NCBI GenBank assembly: GCA_030706015.1
Contig: JAUZPI010000003.1
Location: forward strand, 7,004-71,003
DNA from: Bacillota bacterium
Lineage (GTDB): Bacteria; Bacillota; Clostridia; Clostridiales; Clostridiaceae
Direction: 5' to 3'
DNA length: 64,000 bases
Shown here: in pieces, positions 51,698 through 62,948 of the stretch
How the letters are laid out: each line of letters starts with the position of its first letter
How positions within the stretch are numbered: the first letter of the stretch is position 1
Notes under the pieces: model-generated
What the model saw: the letters and a program-made list of their open reading frames with translations, nothing else
Databases searched by the model: none
What the model was told of the DNA's origin: nothing
Program-made: the position numbers and the translations under genes

Positions 51698-52043
51698 TTA
51701 GGGGCCAAACCGTTACAACATAATTAATTCCGCTGCTCTTAAAGCCTATATCAACTTTATTATATGCATCCATAGCACTTGGAACTGTTAAATTTTCTAT
51801 ATTTCCATTTGTCATATCTTTAATAGAATTTATAATACTACTGGAATCATATTTCTCTTCATCTAAATAATCATTATAGACAGCCAAGGAAATTTGACGG
51901 GCTAATTGTTCAACTTTTGCTTGTTTTGTCCTATTTATATATCCCGCTGCACAAGGTACTAGTACACTAGTCAATATTCCCATTATAGAAATTACTAAAA
52001 TCAGCTCTACTAGAGTAAAACCTTTTTTTATTTTTTCATTCAT
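51675..52043 (-). CDS. Type IV pilin / pseudopilin
   Basis: KKGFTLVELILVISIMGIL class III signal. Confidence 0.8.
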   Translation of the reverse strand: MNEKIKKGFTLVELILVISIMGILTSVLVPCAAGYINRTKQAKVEQLARQISLAVYNDYLDEEKYDSSSIINSIKDMTNGNIENLTVPSAMDAYNKVDIGFKSSGINYVVTVWPLSGNYEVK

Positions 52044-52081
52044 GCCATTTACTCCTTTATAAAAAACTTTTATATAAATAA

Positions 52082-53722
52082 TTACTCGCTAATATACACC
52101 CTATTCATTACCTCTTTATAGGTTGTGATTCCCTGCCTAACTAGGTTATATCCTCCTTCTTTTAAACTTATCATTCCTTGCTGCAGACTATATTGTCTTA
52201 ATTTATTCATACCTTCCCCATTAACTATAAACTCTCTATGTTTTTTATTTAAATACATTATTTCAAAAAGAGCTCTTCTGCCTAAATATCCAGTTTGATT
52301 ACATTTACAGCAACCCTTACCATGAAATAATACGTGTTGTGTTAAATTCAATTTTTCAATCTCTTCATTTGAAGGTTTATATTCTGCTTTACAATGTGGA
52401 CAAATAATCCGAACAAGCCTTTGAGCTACTACTGCAGTTAGTGCATCTGCAACTAGATATTGGGGTACTCCCATGTCCATTAATCTCAAAACTGAACTTA
52501 TTGAATCATTGGTATGCATAGTTGTCAAAACAAGATGTCCTGTTATTGCCGCTCTTACTGCAATTTTAGCAGTTTCATCATCACGCACTTCTCCCACCAT
52601 AATAACATCAGGATCTTGTCTTAAAATACTCTTTAGACCCAAACTGAACGTTAAACCAGCTTTATTATTTACCTCCATTTGATTTATACCATACATTGAA
52701 TATTCTACTGGATCTTCTATGGTAACAATATTTCTTTCCTTACTGTTAAGATAGTTAATCATTGAATACAAGGTAGAGGATTTTCCTGATCCGGTTGGAC
52801 CAGTTATGATAATTGTTCCTTGTGAGTTCATTTTTAATATTTCTATTAACTGAGGATTATCTAAATGATATTCTATTGTATTATATAAAATTCTTAACAC
52901 AAGTTTTTCGCCATGAATTGTTGGCACCGATGACACCCTTAAATCATATTTATAAGAAGAGTAGATGTAACTTATTTTTCCATCCTGAGGTATTCTATTT
53001 ATTGCAATATTTATCTTCGCCATAACCTTTATTCTTGTGCAGAGAGTTTGGTGAACTTGTTTTGGTATACTGGTTAATTCGTGTAAAATACCATTTATTC
53101 TTATTCTAATAAGTACATTTTCACTAAATGGTTCAATGTGAATGTCGCTCGCTTTTTCATTAATTGCCTGACTTAGAATATAGTCAACTAATCTAACTGC
53201 TGGCGCTTCTTCAATAGTTACGTCTTGGATATTATTCTCAAAGCTTTTACTAGATAATATTGAACCTGTTAGTTCCTTCAGTACATTTTCACATTCATTT
53301 TTTCCATAAAGTAAATTAATATAATAATCAATTTGACTTTTTAAACCTTTAAATGGAATTACTTGTTTTTTTGTTAAAAAGCTTATTTCCTCTACATTAT
53401 CCGAATTGATAGGATTATGAAATGCAGCGAATATTTTATCACCCACTAATTTAAATGGTAAAACGCTATATTTTATAGCTTGTTCTTTAGATATCCCATC
53501 AATTGCTTTCTGTTGTATGTCAACCTCATCTAAATCAATATACTGTATAGAAAACTTCTCTTTTAATATTCTTAAGATAATTTTTTCATCTATAAAATTA
53601 TTAGAAAACACCACCTCTTCAAAAGTGTCACTTTTTTCTTTCATAAAGCTGTGAACCAATTTATTTTTTTCATCATCCATATGACCTTCCTTGATAAGCA
53701 TTTTTTCAAGTTTGCTGTGCAT
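52082..53722 (-). CDS. pilB: GspE/PilB-family type IV pilus assembly ATPase
   Basis: Walker A GPTGSGKSS and tetracysteine CPHC...CCKC. Confidence 0.85.
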   Translation of the reverse strand: MHSKLEKMLIKEGHMDDEKNKLVHSFMKEKSDTFEEVVFSNNFIDEKIILRILKEKFSIQYIDLDEVDIQQKAIDGISKEQAIKYSVLPFKLVGDKIFAAFHNPINSDNVEEISFLTKKQVIPFKGLKSQIDYYINLLYGKNECENVLKELTGSILSSKSFENNIQDVTIEEAPAVRLVDYILSQAINEKASDIHIEPFSENVLIRIRINGILHELTSIPKQVHQTLCTRIKVMAKINIAINRIPQDGKISYIYSSYKYDLRVSSVPTIHGEKLVLRILYNTIEYHLDNPQLIEILKMNSQGTIIITGPTGSGKSSTLYSMINYLNSKERNIVTIEDPVEYSMYGINQMEVNNKAGLTFSLGLKSILRQDPDVIMVGEVRDDETAKIAVRAAITGHLVLTTMHTNDSISSVLRLMDMGVPQYLVADALTAVVAQRLVRIICPHCKAEYKPSNEEIEKLNLTQHVLFHGKGCCKCNQTGYLGRRALFEIMYLNKKHREFIVNGEGMNKLRQYSLQQGMISLKEGGYNLVRQGITTYKEVMNRVYISE

Positions 53723-53880
53723 TTTTCCTCCTAATGAAAATAATTATAAATACTGTAATGAAAATTATTTCCACATTTTAACTTTATATTCAGGTGTTTT
53801 TGAAGTTTTTGAATTTATTGTTTGGTAATATATAAAACTTAACTGCATATACATGTAAAAAAAGCATCGAGGTGATGAAT

Positions 53881-54000
53881 ATGCTAATAATTAATTTAGG
53901 AAGATTTCTATTTTCATCTTTAGCAATTGCAATACCACTTTATTTAGTTGGGTATGTAATATACGAAGTAAGACATTTAATTAAGCATTTTAGATTATAG
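53881..54000 (+). CDS. 39-aa membrane mini-protein candidate
   Basis: GAGGTGA SD. Peptide MLIINLGRFLFSSLAIAIPLYLVGYVIYEVRHLIKHFRL. Confidence 0.3.
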   Translation: MLIINLGRFLFSSLAIAIPLYLVGYVIYEVRHLIKHFRL

Positions 54001-54066
54001 GCTATATCTAAGCTTACATATTCTAATATAAAAATAAGACATATAATCCTCTCAAGATTATATGCC

Positions 54067-55152
54067 TTATTTAGCACCACTATATAAACGGTAATTTCCG
54101 CTTTGGTTAGATATTAAATTTACTGATTTATTTGTATAATCATATTGAAATACATCATTGTCACTGGATGCTTGTGCGTAACCTACAAAATATACTTTTC
54201 CTTCTTGATCTAAAATCAAGTCAGTATTCTCGTCAATACTTTGAGGAAAATCATAAACCAAACGATTAACGTTTCTCTTGGTTAAATTTACACTATATAA
54301 TGAGTTATTTTCTTCATTACTTTCTTTAGCAATAACATATACATTACCAATATTAGTATCAATAGCTACAGAAAATATCTTCTCAAAGTTTGAGCTTACA
54401 TCAATTCTCATGTTATTAGAAAAATTATAGTAAAACAAACTGTACTGTCCCATATTATTTTCTAATGCAATAAATTCATTACTATTAAGAGGAAAGAAAT
54501 TTGTACAGTAACCATTGAATTTATCAAAAATTATTGTTCTTGTATTAGTTGCAAAGTCATATTTATAAATTGCTCCATACCCCTGCTCACCCTTCTTTAC
54601 TCCATAGTATAACAAATTGCTGTCATCCAGCCATTTATATAAATCGCCGGATATGAGCACCTCTTTATCAAAATTATACCTTTTACCATTTATATCATAT
54701 ATTCTCACGTCATCGGCAGAACTTATAGAGTCCTCTGTATAAGTTCTAAAGGCTAACTTGCTGCCTTTACTTGATAATCTTAGATTTTTTGCACTATAGA
54801 AATCTTTTATAACAAGACTTTTATCCCCAGAGGAAATATTTATTATGGCTTGAGGTAATTCTGTACCTCTTTTGATACCAACTAGGGATATATATGTTTC
54901 TTTATCCTTAAGGTATTGAAGCTCCAATATGTTAGCTGTATTCCCTAAAAAATTAAGCTTTCCCTTTTCAATATTATAGATACTTTCAGTACTTTTTTTG
55001 ATATTTATACCGACTTGTTCACCTAATTTAGGTAACTTTACAAAATAATTATCATTCTGTGGCTTTGAGGGTTCATTTTTTTTATTACAGCCAACTGAAG
55101 CTAAGCAAGAAAATAACATCATTACAATTATTATTTTCCTATTAATTTTCAT
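54067..55152 (-). CDS. Lipoprotein, beta-propeller-like
   Basis: MKINRKIIIVMMLFSCLASVGC lipobox. Repetitive beta-strand pattern. Confidence 0.65.
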   Translation of the reverse strand: MKINRKIIIVMMLFSCLASVGCNKKNEPSKPQNDNYFVKLPKLGEQVGINIKKSTESIYNIEKGKLNFLGNTANILELQYLKDKETYISLVGIKRGTELPQAIINISSGDKSLVIKDFYSAKNLRLSSKGSKLAFRTYTEDSISSADDVRIYDINGKRYNFDKEVLISGDLYKWLDDSNLLYYGVKKGEQGYGAIYKYDFATNTRTIIFDKFNGYCTNFFPLNSNEFIALENNMGQYSLFYYNFSNNMRIDVSSNFEKIFSVAIDTNIGNVYVIAKESNEENNSLYSVNLTKRNVNRLVYDFPQSIDENTDLILDQEGKVYFVGYAQASSDNDVFQYDYTNKSVNLISNQSGNYRLYSGAK

Positions 55153-55976
55153 ACTAACTCTGTTTCTCCTGTAAAGGTTGTTACTGCTGGACCAGTCATC
55201 ATAACCCCTTCTTCACAAATATTTATTTTTAATTCTCCTCCTGGAACCTGAACAGACACATTTGTATCAGTTAATCCAAGCTTATTGCAAGCTACTACAC
55301 TGGCACAGCATCCAGTACCGCAAGCCAAAGTTGCACCCGCTCCTCTTTCCCAAGTTTTAACCTTTATTCTTTTTCTATCGATCACTTCACAAAAGTTAAC
55401 ATTTGTTCCCTGTGGAAATAATTGTTTACTATTCTCAATATATTTACCTTCTTCCACATCAAACTTATTGAGTTCACCCATTATAATTGTATGTGGTACT
55501 CCAAGTAACATTGTATTTAATTTGTAATTTTTATTATTAGCCTGGAAATCCATATTAACAATCTCTTCATCCACTAACGCAGGAATAGAAGCTGGCTCAA
55601 AAGAAGGCTCACCCATATTTATTGTTATTTCAGTTGCAACTCCATTAATATGTGTTACTTCCGCTAGTTTAATTCCATCGCCAGTTTCTACATTTATCTT
55701 ATCACTGTTTATAAGCTTATTATCAAATACATATTTCACAAAGCATCTTAAACCATTACCACACATAGAAGCGTAAGAACCATCTGAATTAATTATTACC
55801 ATTTGTATATCTGCAGTGTGACTCTTTCTTACAAGTAATATACCATCTCCACCTACACCAAAATGTCTGTCACATAGAGTTACCGCTAAATCTTTTTCTT
55901 TTCCAACAAAATTATTTTCTAAATCTTCAATTACAATAAAGTCATTTCCTGTTCCATGCATTTTTGTTATTTTCAT
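55149..55976 (-). CDS. dapF: Diaminopimelate epimerase
   Basis: MHGTGNDFIVIED..., two catalytic Cys contexts (SMCGNG, LACGTG). Confidence 0.9.
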   Translation of the reverse strand: MKITKMHGTGNDFIVIEDLENNFVGKEKDLAVTLCDRHFGVGGDGILLVRKSHTADIQMVIINSDGSYASMCGNGLRCFVKYVFDNKLINSDKINVETGDGIKLAEVTHINGVATEITINMGEPSFEPASIPALVDEEIVNMDFQANNKNYKLNTMLLGVPHTIIMGELNKFDVEEGKYIENSKQLFPQGTNVNFCEVIDRKRIKVKTWERGAGATLACGTGCCASVVACNKLGLTDTNVSVQVPGGELKINICEEGVMMTGPAVTTFTGETELV

Positions 55977-56233
55977 TTTTCTGCTCCTTCCAATATCCAG
56001 AATAAGATTAATTCTTCTTATTTCTAATGCTGCATTACATCTATTTCATAAAAGTATGTATAAATACATAATCGGTAAGTTAAGCTTTATTTTAATATTA
56101 TTAAATGTTATACTATTTGTTAAGTATGCTATAGATGTATTTTTATTCTATTATTAATAATAATAAATTTTATGTGCATTGTATACTGTTTTAAATAATA
56201 ATTTCTTGTTAATTTATAAAAGGAAAGGAATGA

Positions 56234-57967
56234 TTGATTTTGGCACTGGACGGTATATTCTTACACAGTTTAGTTGATGAAATAAGTGATGTTTTAGTTG
56301 GAGGAAGGGTATCAAAAGTCAATCAACCTGAAAAGGATGAAATAATACTTTTAGTAAGAGGCAGCAATAACGTAAATTATAAATTATTAATCAGCGCAAG
56401 TTCCTCTTACCCTAAAATACATTTTACAAAGGAATCAAAAGCAAATCCATTAAAAGCTCCTATGTTTTGCATGGTGCTAAGAAAATATTTAAATAATTCT
56501 AGAATAATTAATATCCATCAGCTTCAAACAGATAGAATTGTAATGATTGATTTCGAAAGTGTTGATGAATTAGGATTTAACAGCATTTACACCTTAATTG
56601 TTGAAATTATGGGTAGACATAGTAACATAACTCTTGTAAGACAAAGAGATGATATTATTATGGATAGTATCAAACATATCACTCCTGATATAAATAGATA
56701 CAGAAGTTTAATGCCTAATATTAAATTTGTATATCCTCCAAGTTCTGAGAGGCTGGAACCTTTTAACTTTATTGAAAATGATTTTATTTCATTTATAAAA
56801 AACAATACTATAGAGCTGAATGAAAAAGCCTTTTCAAAGATATTTGTAGGAGTGAGTGCTAATTTATCAAAGGAACTCTTTTGGAGACTAAACAATTATA
56901 ATCTCATTGCCGATAAATTAAATTTTACTGAAATCTATAATAAGATTAAATCGATCTTCGATGATATTAAAAACAATAATTATTATTTTGCTTCTTACAC
57001 AAAGAATAATAATTTAATTGATTTTTATTGTATTAAATTAAGCTATTTAACAGATTCAGAAGAAAAAGTTTACACCTCACCTTCTATCCTATTAGAAGAC
57101 TTTTACTATGAAAAGGATAAACTTGACAGACTGAATAATCGTAGTAATGATTTGCAGAAAATTATCAGCATTAATTTAGATAGATGTAATAAAAAGATTC
57201 AAATTCTAGAGGATAAACTTAAAGAATGTGCTGATAAAGAGTATCTAAAAATTTGCGGAGAATTATTAACTGCTAATATATACAGTGTAAAAAAAGGTGA
57301 TACAGAAATCAGCGTATATAATTACTACAGTGAAAATGGTGACAATATGACTATTCCACTAAATGAACATAAGACTCCTTCTGAAAACATTCAATCCTAT
57401 TTTAAAAAGTATAATAAACTAAAGAAATCTGAAGAAATGGCAACAATCCAATTAGATTCAACTAAGGATGAAATTGAATATCTGCAATCCGTATTAACAA
57501 ATATACAAAATGCAGATAAGTATGAAGAAATTGAAGAGATAAAGAAGGAACTTATAGATACAGGGTATATTAAATATGGGAAGAGTTCAAAAAAAGGCAA
57601 AAAGGATAAGCCTACTAAGCCTTTACATTTTAAGTCTTCTGATGATATTGATATATATGTTGGAAAGAATAATTTACAGAATGATTTCTTAACATTAAAA
57701 TTTGCGGATAAAAGAGATATTTGGATGCACACAAAAAATATTCCTGGTTCTCATGTTATTGTGAAAAACATGAATGGCAAAATTCCAGACTCCACTCTGT
57801 TAGAAGCCGCAGCACTGGCTGCTTTTTATAGTAAGGCTAAGAATTCCTCCAATGTACCTGTGGATTATACTGAGGTTAAAAATGTAAAAAAACCTTCTGG
57901 CGCTAAACCTGGCATGGTTATTTACACGACAAATAAGACTATTTTAACTGAACCTAAAACACTATAA
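56234..57967 (+). CDS. rqcH: NFACT-family ribosome quality control protein (FbpA/RqcH)
   Basis: (M)ALDGIFLHSL N-terminus, coiled coil, C-terminal DIWMHTKNIPGSHVIVK. The true start may be the TTG at 56240. Confidence 0.8.
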   Translation: MILALDGIFLHSLVDEISDVLVGGRVSKVNQPEKDEIILLVRGSNNVNYKLLISASSSYPKIHFTKESKANPLKAPMFCMVLRKYLNNSRIINIHQLQTDRIVMIDFESVDELGFNSIYTLIVEIMGRHSNITLVRQRDDIIMDSIKHITPDINRYRSLMPNIKFVYPPSSERLEPFNFIENDFISFIKNNTIELNEKAFSKIFVGVSANLSKELFWRLNNYNLIADKLNFTEIYNKIKSIFDDIKNNNYYFASYTKNNNLIDFYCIKLSYLTDSEEKVYTSPSILLEDFYYEKDKLDRLNNRSNDLQKIISINLDRCNKKIQILEDKLKECADKEYLKICGELLTANIYSVKKGDTEISVYNYYSENGDNMTIPLNEHKTPSENIQSYFKKYNKLKKSEEMATIQLDSTKDEIEYLQSVLTNIQNADKYEEIEEIKKELIDTGYIKYGKSSKKGKKDKPTKPLHFKSSDDIDIYVGKNNLQNDFLTLKFADKRDIWMHTKNIPGSHVIVKNMNGKIPDSTLLEAAALAAFYSKAKNSSNVPVDYTEVKNVKKPSGAKPGMVIYTTNKTILTEPKTL

Positions 57968-57985
57968 ATTTCTAGATTCATATAT

Positions 57986-58025
57986 AAAAAAATAGTTAGG
58001 ATAATGATAATCCTAACTATTTTTT
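57986..58025. terminator. Bidirectional terminator between convergent rqcH and pyrP
   Basis: 10-bp perfect stem atagttagga/tcctaactat flanked by an A-run and a T-run. Confidence 0.7.
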
Positions 58026-58039
58026 ATATATTATTTTCT

Positions 58040-59356
58040 TTATTTTTCTTCAGTTCTACTATTTTCAGGCAGTATTAGATTTAAAATCACACCTACTAAG
58101 GTAGCTAATGCAACTCCTGAAACTTCTAATTCAGAACCATGCACAGGAAATTTAATTGAAGCCCCGCCAATTCCAAGTACTATGATTACTGAAGCAATAA
58201 TAAGATTTCTTTTCTTACCAAAATCAATCTTATCTTCAACAAAAACTCTAAAACCAGATGATGCTATTATACCAAATAACAATATGCTTACTCCGCCTAT
58301 AACTGGCAGCGGCATATTAGCAATTACTACTGAAACTGGACCTATGAAAGATAATAGTATTGCTATTACTGCAGCCCAACCTATAACCCAAACGCTATAA
58401 ACCTTAGTTATTGCCATAACTCCTATGTTTTCTCCGTAAGTTGTATTTGGAGGTCCTCCTAAAAGTCCTGCAGTGATAGTCGCAACTCCGTCTCCTAATA
58501 TAGATCTGTGCAGTCCAGGTTCTCTTGTGAAGTCTTTTCCTACTACATTGTTAGTAACATAAACGTGTCCTATATGCTCTGCAATTGTTACAAAAGAAAC
58601 AGGTGCCATTAATATAATCACATCCCAGCTAAATCTCGGAAGTGAACTGCTAAATGCAAAGTGAGGCAGCTGTAATATCGGTGTTGTAGCTATTTGGTGT
58701 AAAACTTCATTTGGTATTACACCTAGTGCTAGTGCTGTACAATATCCTGCTATCATTGAAATAAGTATTGGAACTACTCCTAGGAAGCCTTTAAAGAACA
58801 TGCTTCCAATTATGCCCACTGCCAAAGTTACCATTGCAACTGTAATCCAAGCCCATCTTGGAACACTTGCTGATATTGATGCAGTTGGACTAAGTCCTGC
58901 CCAGTTAACAGCTACACTAGCAAGTCCTAAACCAATTACTATAACAACTGAACCAACTACAACTGGTGATAAAGCCCTGCTTAACCATGCCGAACCAAAA
59001 ACTGCTATAATACCTGCAACTATAATATATACCACACCTGCAGAAATAACACCTGCTGCAATGGCTCCTGTAGTGGCAGCTCCTGTTGGGTCAACAGCAT
59101 TATATTTAGCTGCAACAGCTAATATTGGTCCAATGAATGCAAAAGATGATCCTATATATGCTGGTAGTTTAGCCTTGGTACATAGTATGTACAGTAATGT
59201 ACCTATACCACTGCATAATAGAGCTATTGATGGATTCATCTTAGTTAGGATCGGTACAAGTATAGTTGCACCAACCATAGCAAACAAATGCTGAAAACTT
59301 AATGGGATTGTTTTAGGTATAGGTAATTTCTCTTCTACATCGACGAAATTCTTCAT
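58040..59356 (-). CDS. pyrP: Uracil permease (NCS2 family)
   Basis: 438 aa, polytopic. Directly downstream of pyrR, as in the Bacillus pyr operon. Confidence 0.8.
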   Translation of the reverse strand: MKNFVDVEEKLPIPKTIPLSFQHLFAMVGATILVPILTKMNPSIALLCSGIGTLLYILCTKAKLPAYIGSSFAFIGPILAVAAKYNAVDPTGAATTGAIAAGVISAGVVYIIVAGIIAVFGSAWLSRALSPVVVGSVVIVIGLGLASVAVNWAGLSPTASISASVPRWAWITVAMVTLAVGIIGSMFFKGFLGVVPILISMIAGYCTALALGVIPNEVLHQIATTPILQLPHFAFSSSLPRFSWDVIILMAPVSFVTIAEHIGHVYVTNNVVGKDFTREPGLHRSILGDGVATITAGLLGGPPNTTYGENIGVMAITKVYSVWVIGWAAVIAILLSFIGPVSVVIANMPLPVIGGVSILLFGIIASSGFRVFVEDKIDFGKKRNLIIASVIIVLGIGGASIKFPVHGSELEVSGVALATLVGVILNLILPENSRTEEK

Positions 59357-59395
59357 TTATTACTTCCCCTTCAACTTCATTTAATGTTAAATCTA

Positions 59396-59947
<552 letters not shown>

Positions 59948-59963
59948 CTAGCTTAAACTACTT

Positions 59964-60060
59964 AAATAAAAAGCGCCATAACCATAAGGTCAAGGCGCAC
60001 TAATGCTATAAGTTTCTAGCTATGTTAATATCGCCTTATGACCTCACGGGATCACTTAAA
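59964..60060 (-). promoter_or_regulatory. pyr attenuator: PyrR-binding loop plus terminator
   Basis: The minus strand has gaucccgugaggucau, resembling the PyrR box, upstream of a gcgcc...ggcgc hairpin with a U-run. Confidence 0.6.
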
Positions 60061-60107
60061 GGTCCTTCATCTAAATTTATTAAACAAATTTTATCACATA
60101 GCGTAAA

Positions 60108-61025
60108 CTATTTCAATTCATTCCTTAAAATATTTAATACTTTTTCAAAATAATTTGGTGTAGGTACTTGGAATTCTATATATTTTCCCAAAGTTGGGTG
60201 GATAAAACCAAGTTTTTTTGCATGCAGCAACTGTCCCTCAGCAGAAAATCTCTGTTTCTTAAATCCATACACGGCATCTCCCACTAATGGATGACCAATA
60301 TGAGCCATATGAACTCTAATTTGATGAGTTCTTCCTGTTTCCAATTTGCACTCAACTAAGGTACTGTTTTTAAAACGTTCTAGAACGGTATAATGAGTTA
60401 CAGCATTTCTACCATCCTTAATTACAGCCATTTTAATTCTATCCTTTGGATGTCTACCTAAGGGAGCATCTACGGTACCGTCATCTTCTTTAATAATACC
60501 TTCTACTATTGCCAGATACACTCTTGTCATAGAATGCTCTTTTAACTGCTCAGCTAATTTATTATGTGAAAAATCATTCTTTGCTACAACTAATACTCCT
60601 GAGGTATCCTTATCTATTCTATGTACAATACCCGGCCTTGTAACACCATTTATACCCGATAAGTCCTTACAATGATAAAGCAAGGCATTTACAAGAGTAC
60701 CAGTATAATTTCCTGGAGCCGGATGTACTACCATGCCTTGTGGTTTATTAACAACTATGACATCGCTATCCTCATATAATATGTCTATAGGAATATTTTC
60801 TGGTTCCACATCTAAATCAACAGCCTCCGGTATATCAACTACTATTTCATCGCCAAACTTTAATTTGTAATTACTCTTCTTTACTTTATTATTTACTAAT
60901 ACTCCTTCATTTTGGATGATGTTTTGTATATATGATCTAGATTTATCTTGAAAATATTCTGATATAAATAAATCTAATCTATAATTAACTTTATCTTCTT
61001 CAACAACAAATTTAAAACTAGACAT
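60108..61025 (-). CDS. rluD: RluA-family 23S rRNA pseudouridine synthase
   Basis: S4 domain N-terminus and HRIDKDTSGVLVVAK motif. Confidence 0.85.
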   Translation of the reverse strand: MSSFKFVVEEDKVNYRLDLFISEYFQDKSRSYIQNIIQNEGVLVNNKVKKSNYKLKFGDEIVVDIPEAVDLDVEPENIPIDILYEDSDVIVVNKPQGMVVHPAPGNYTGTLVNALLYHCKDLSGINGVTRPGIVHRIDKDTSGVLVVAKNDFSHNKLAEQLKEHSMTRVYLAIVEGIIKEDDGTVDAPLGRHPKDRIKMAVIKDGRNAVTHYTVLERFKNSTLVECKLETGRTHQIRVHMAHIGHPLVGDAVYGFKKQRFSAEGQLLHAKKLGFIHPTLGKYIEFQVPTPNYFEKVLNILRNELK

Positions 61026-61478
61026 TTACTTACCATCCCTCGCTACATGTATTATAAGAAATGCAGTTCCTATTACAACGCACATATCAGCTACGTTAAA
61101 AGTAGGAAAATTATAAACGTCTTTATAATGGAAATGAATAAAGTCAACTACATATTTATATATAAGTCTATCATATAAATTTCCTAGAGCACCTGCCAAT
61201 ATTAATGCCAAGGCTGCTCTAAATAATTTCCCCTTAGGCTTAAATTTAACAAAATAAAAAATCATTCCAGCAATTATCAATAAAGTTACGGCAGCCAGAA
61301 AAACCGTCTTATTTTGAAAAGTTCCCCAGGCAGCACCCCTGTTTTCTAAATACTGTAGATCAAAAAAATTATTTATTATAGCTATCTGATCAACCTTAGT
61401 TAGAGAGTTTAAAGCCCACAGCTTAGTTAGTCTGTCTATCAAAATTCCTAAAATAATTATTATAATTTCCATTCCCAT
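61026..61478 (-). CDS. lspA: Lipoprotein signal peptidase II
   Basis: NRGAAWG and FNVADMCV motifs. Confidence 0.9.
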   Translation of the reverse strand: MGMEIIIIILGILIDRLTKLWALNSLTKVDQIAIINNFFDLQYLENRGAAWGTFQNKTVFLAAVTLLIIAGMIFYFVKFKPKGKLFRAALALILAGALGNLYDRLIYKYVVDFIHFHYKDVYNFPTFNVADMCVVIGTAFLIIHVARDGK

Positions 61479-61511
61479 CCCGCCTTAAAAGCTATTAAAT
61501 TATCGATGTTT

Positions 61512-62111
61512 TTAATCTGGCAGTTGATTTCTATACTGCTCATTACTAATTCTATCCATTGGATCTGTATACGATTCTTCATCATCATAATACTCTTCAG
61601 TGTTTGTAATTCTATTGAATCTGGACACTGCCTGAAAACTATCCTCTGCATCAAATGCTATATCATCTCTATATTCATTTAACCCTAGGCCAAAGGGCTT
61701 TCCAATAACATCTTCTTCAGAAGGATTATCATTTATGTCTCGAATTAAATATTTTTTTGATTGACAATCTATGCATCTCTCAGCATAGGGTATAAACTCA
61801 AGTCTCTCTTCACTTATGTTTTCACCACATACTTTGCAGGTTCCATATGTTCCATTATGAATCCTTCTTATGGCATCGTCAATTTGATTAATAATATTGA
61901 CCTCGTTATTCTTAAATGCCATGCCTTTCTCAATATCATAAATTTCTGTTGAGATATCAGCTGGGTGATTATCATAAAGTGACAATTCAGATGAAATTTC
62001 ATTTCGTGAGTCTATAGTATCATTTTGCTTCATTAGATCAAGAAGTTCATTAACTCTGTCTTTTTCCCTAAATAATTTACCTTTAAAATACTCCATTCTT
62101 TCTCTATCCAT
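61512..62111 (-). CDS. DksA/TraR-type C4 zinc-finger protein (YteA-like)
   Basis: CKVCGENISEERLEFIPYAERCIDC. Confidence 0.75.
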   Translation of the reverse strand: MDRERMEYFKGKLFREKDRVNELLDLMKQNDTIDSRNEISSELSLYDNHPADISTEIYDIEKGMAFKNNEVNIINQIDDAIRRIHNGTYGTCKVCGENISEERLEFIPYAERCIDCQSKKYLIRDINDNPSEEDVIGKPFGLGLNEYRDDIAFDAEDSFQAVSRFNRITNTEEYYDDEESYTDPMDRISNEQYRNQLPD

Positions 62112-62208
62112 ACCAACATCTCCCTCTAAAATTTAATTAGTATGCTTTTATTTTTCCAATAGAGAAAGAAATTATTACTTTAATAAATTAATTTCTATTA
62201 TTACTTTA

Positions 62209-62901
62209 TTAAATTAACTTCAGCATATTTTCAATTATTGTACTAGAGTTTTTAACTGCAATAGGCTTAAATTTTTCATAATCCATGTGAGCACCGTTAT
62301 TAGCATTATCTGAAATTGATCTAATTACAACAAAAGGTATACTATTTAAATAGCAAACGTGAGCTATGCTGCCGCCTTCCATCTCACAGGCCATTGCTTT
62401 AAATTCTTCTTCAAGCCATTGTATTTTTTTTGAATCTGCAATGAATTGATCTCCAGTTACAATTCTTCCTGCATAATGATTGTTTTCATTTAATTCTTCA
62501 CAAGCCTTTTTAGCAAGAAGCACTAATTCCTCATTGCATACAAATTCATAAGTATCTAATCTTGGTATTTGACCAATTCTATCTCCGAATGCAGTTGTAT
62601 CTACGTCATGTTGAACTAAATTGCTGCCTATGACAACATCTCCAGGGAAAACGTCTTTACCTATTCCTCCTGCAACTCCAACGTTTATCACTGTATTCAC
62701 ATTAAAATCATCAATTAATATTTGTGTGCATACGGCTGCATTTACTTTTCCTATTCCGCATCTAACTAATACAACCTGCTTACCAAATAATGTTCCAAAA
62801 TTAAATTCCATTTGAGCCTTAATCTCTTTTCTGTCTAAGTTTAGCTTTGGTAAAAGAATTTCTAATTCCTCATCCATAGCTGCTATTACACCAATTATCA
62901 T
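62209..62901 (-). CDS. mtnN: 5'-methylthioadenosine/S-adenosylhomocysteine nucleosidase
   Basis: MIIGVIAAMDEE... and ACEMEGGSIAHV motifs. Confidence 0.85.
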   Translation of the reverse strand: MIIGVIAAMDEELEILLPKLNLDRKEIKAQMEFNFGTLFGKQVVLVRCGIGKVNAAVCTQILIDDFNVNTVINVGVAGGIGKDVFPGDVVIGSNLVQHDVDTTAFGDRIGQIPRLDTYEFVCNEELVLLAKKACEELNENNHYAGRIVTGDQFIADSKKIQWLEEEFKAMACEMEGGSIAHVCYLNSIPFVVIRSISDNANNGAHMDYEKFKPIAVKNSSTIIENMLKLI

Positions 62902-62914
62902 AATATTTCCTCCT

Positions 62915-62943
62915 TAAAAAATCTCACTCATTAGAGTGAGATT
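62915..62943 (-). terminator. Terminator after divIVA
   Basis: atctcactc atta gagtgagat with a U-run on the minus strand. Confidence 0.6.
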
Positions 62944-62948
62944 TTAAA

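Noticed and set aside
58182-59294. Plus-strand ORFs 58182..58400 and 58800..59294
   Set aside because: They are antisense to the uracil permease gene, a typical artefact opposite a G/A/I/V-rich membrane protein.
61460-61654. Minus-strand 64-aa ORF overlapping the lspA start and the end of the DksA-like gene
   Set aside because: It is out of frame with two well-supported genes, has no SD and has an implausible composition.
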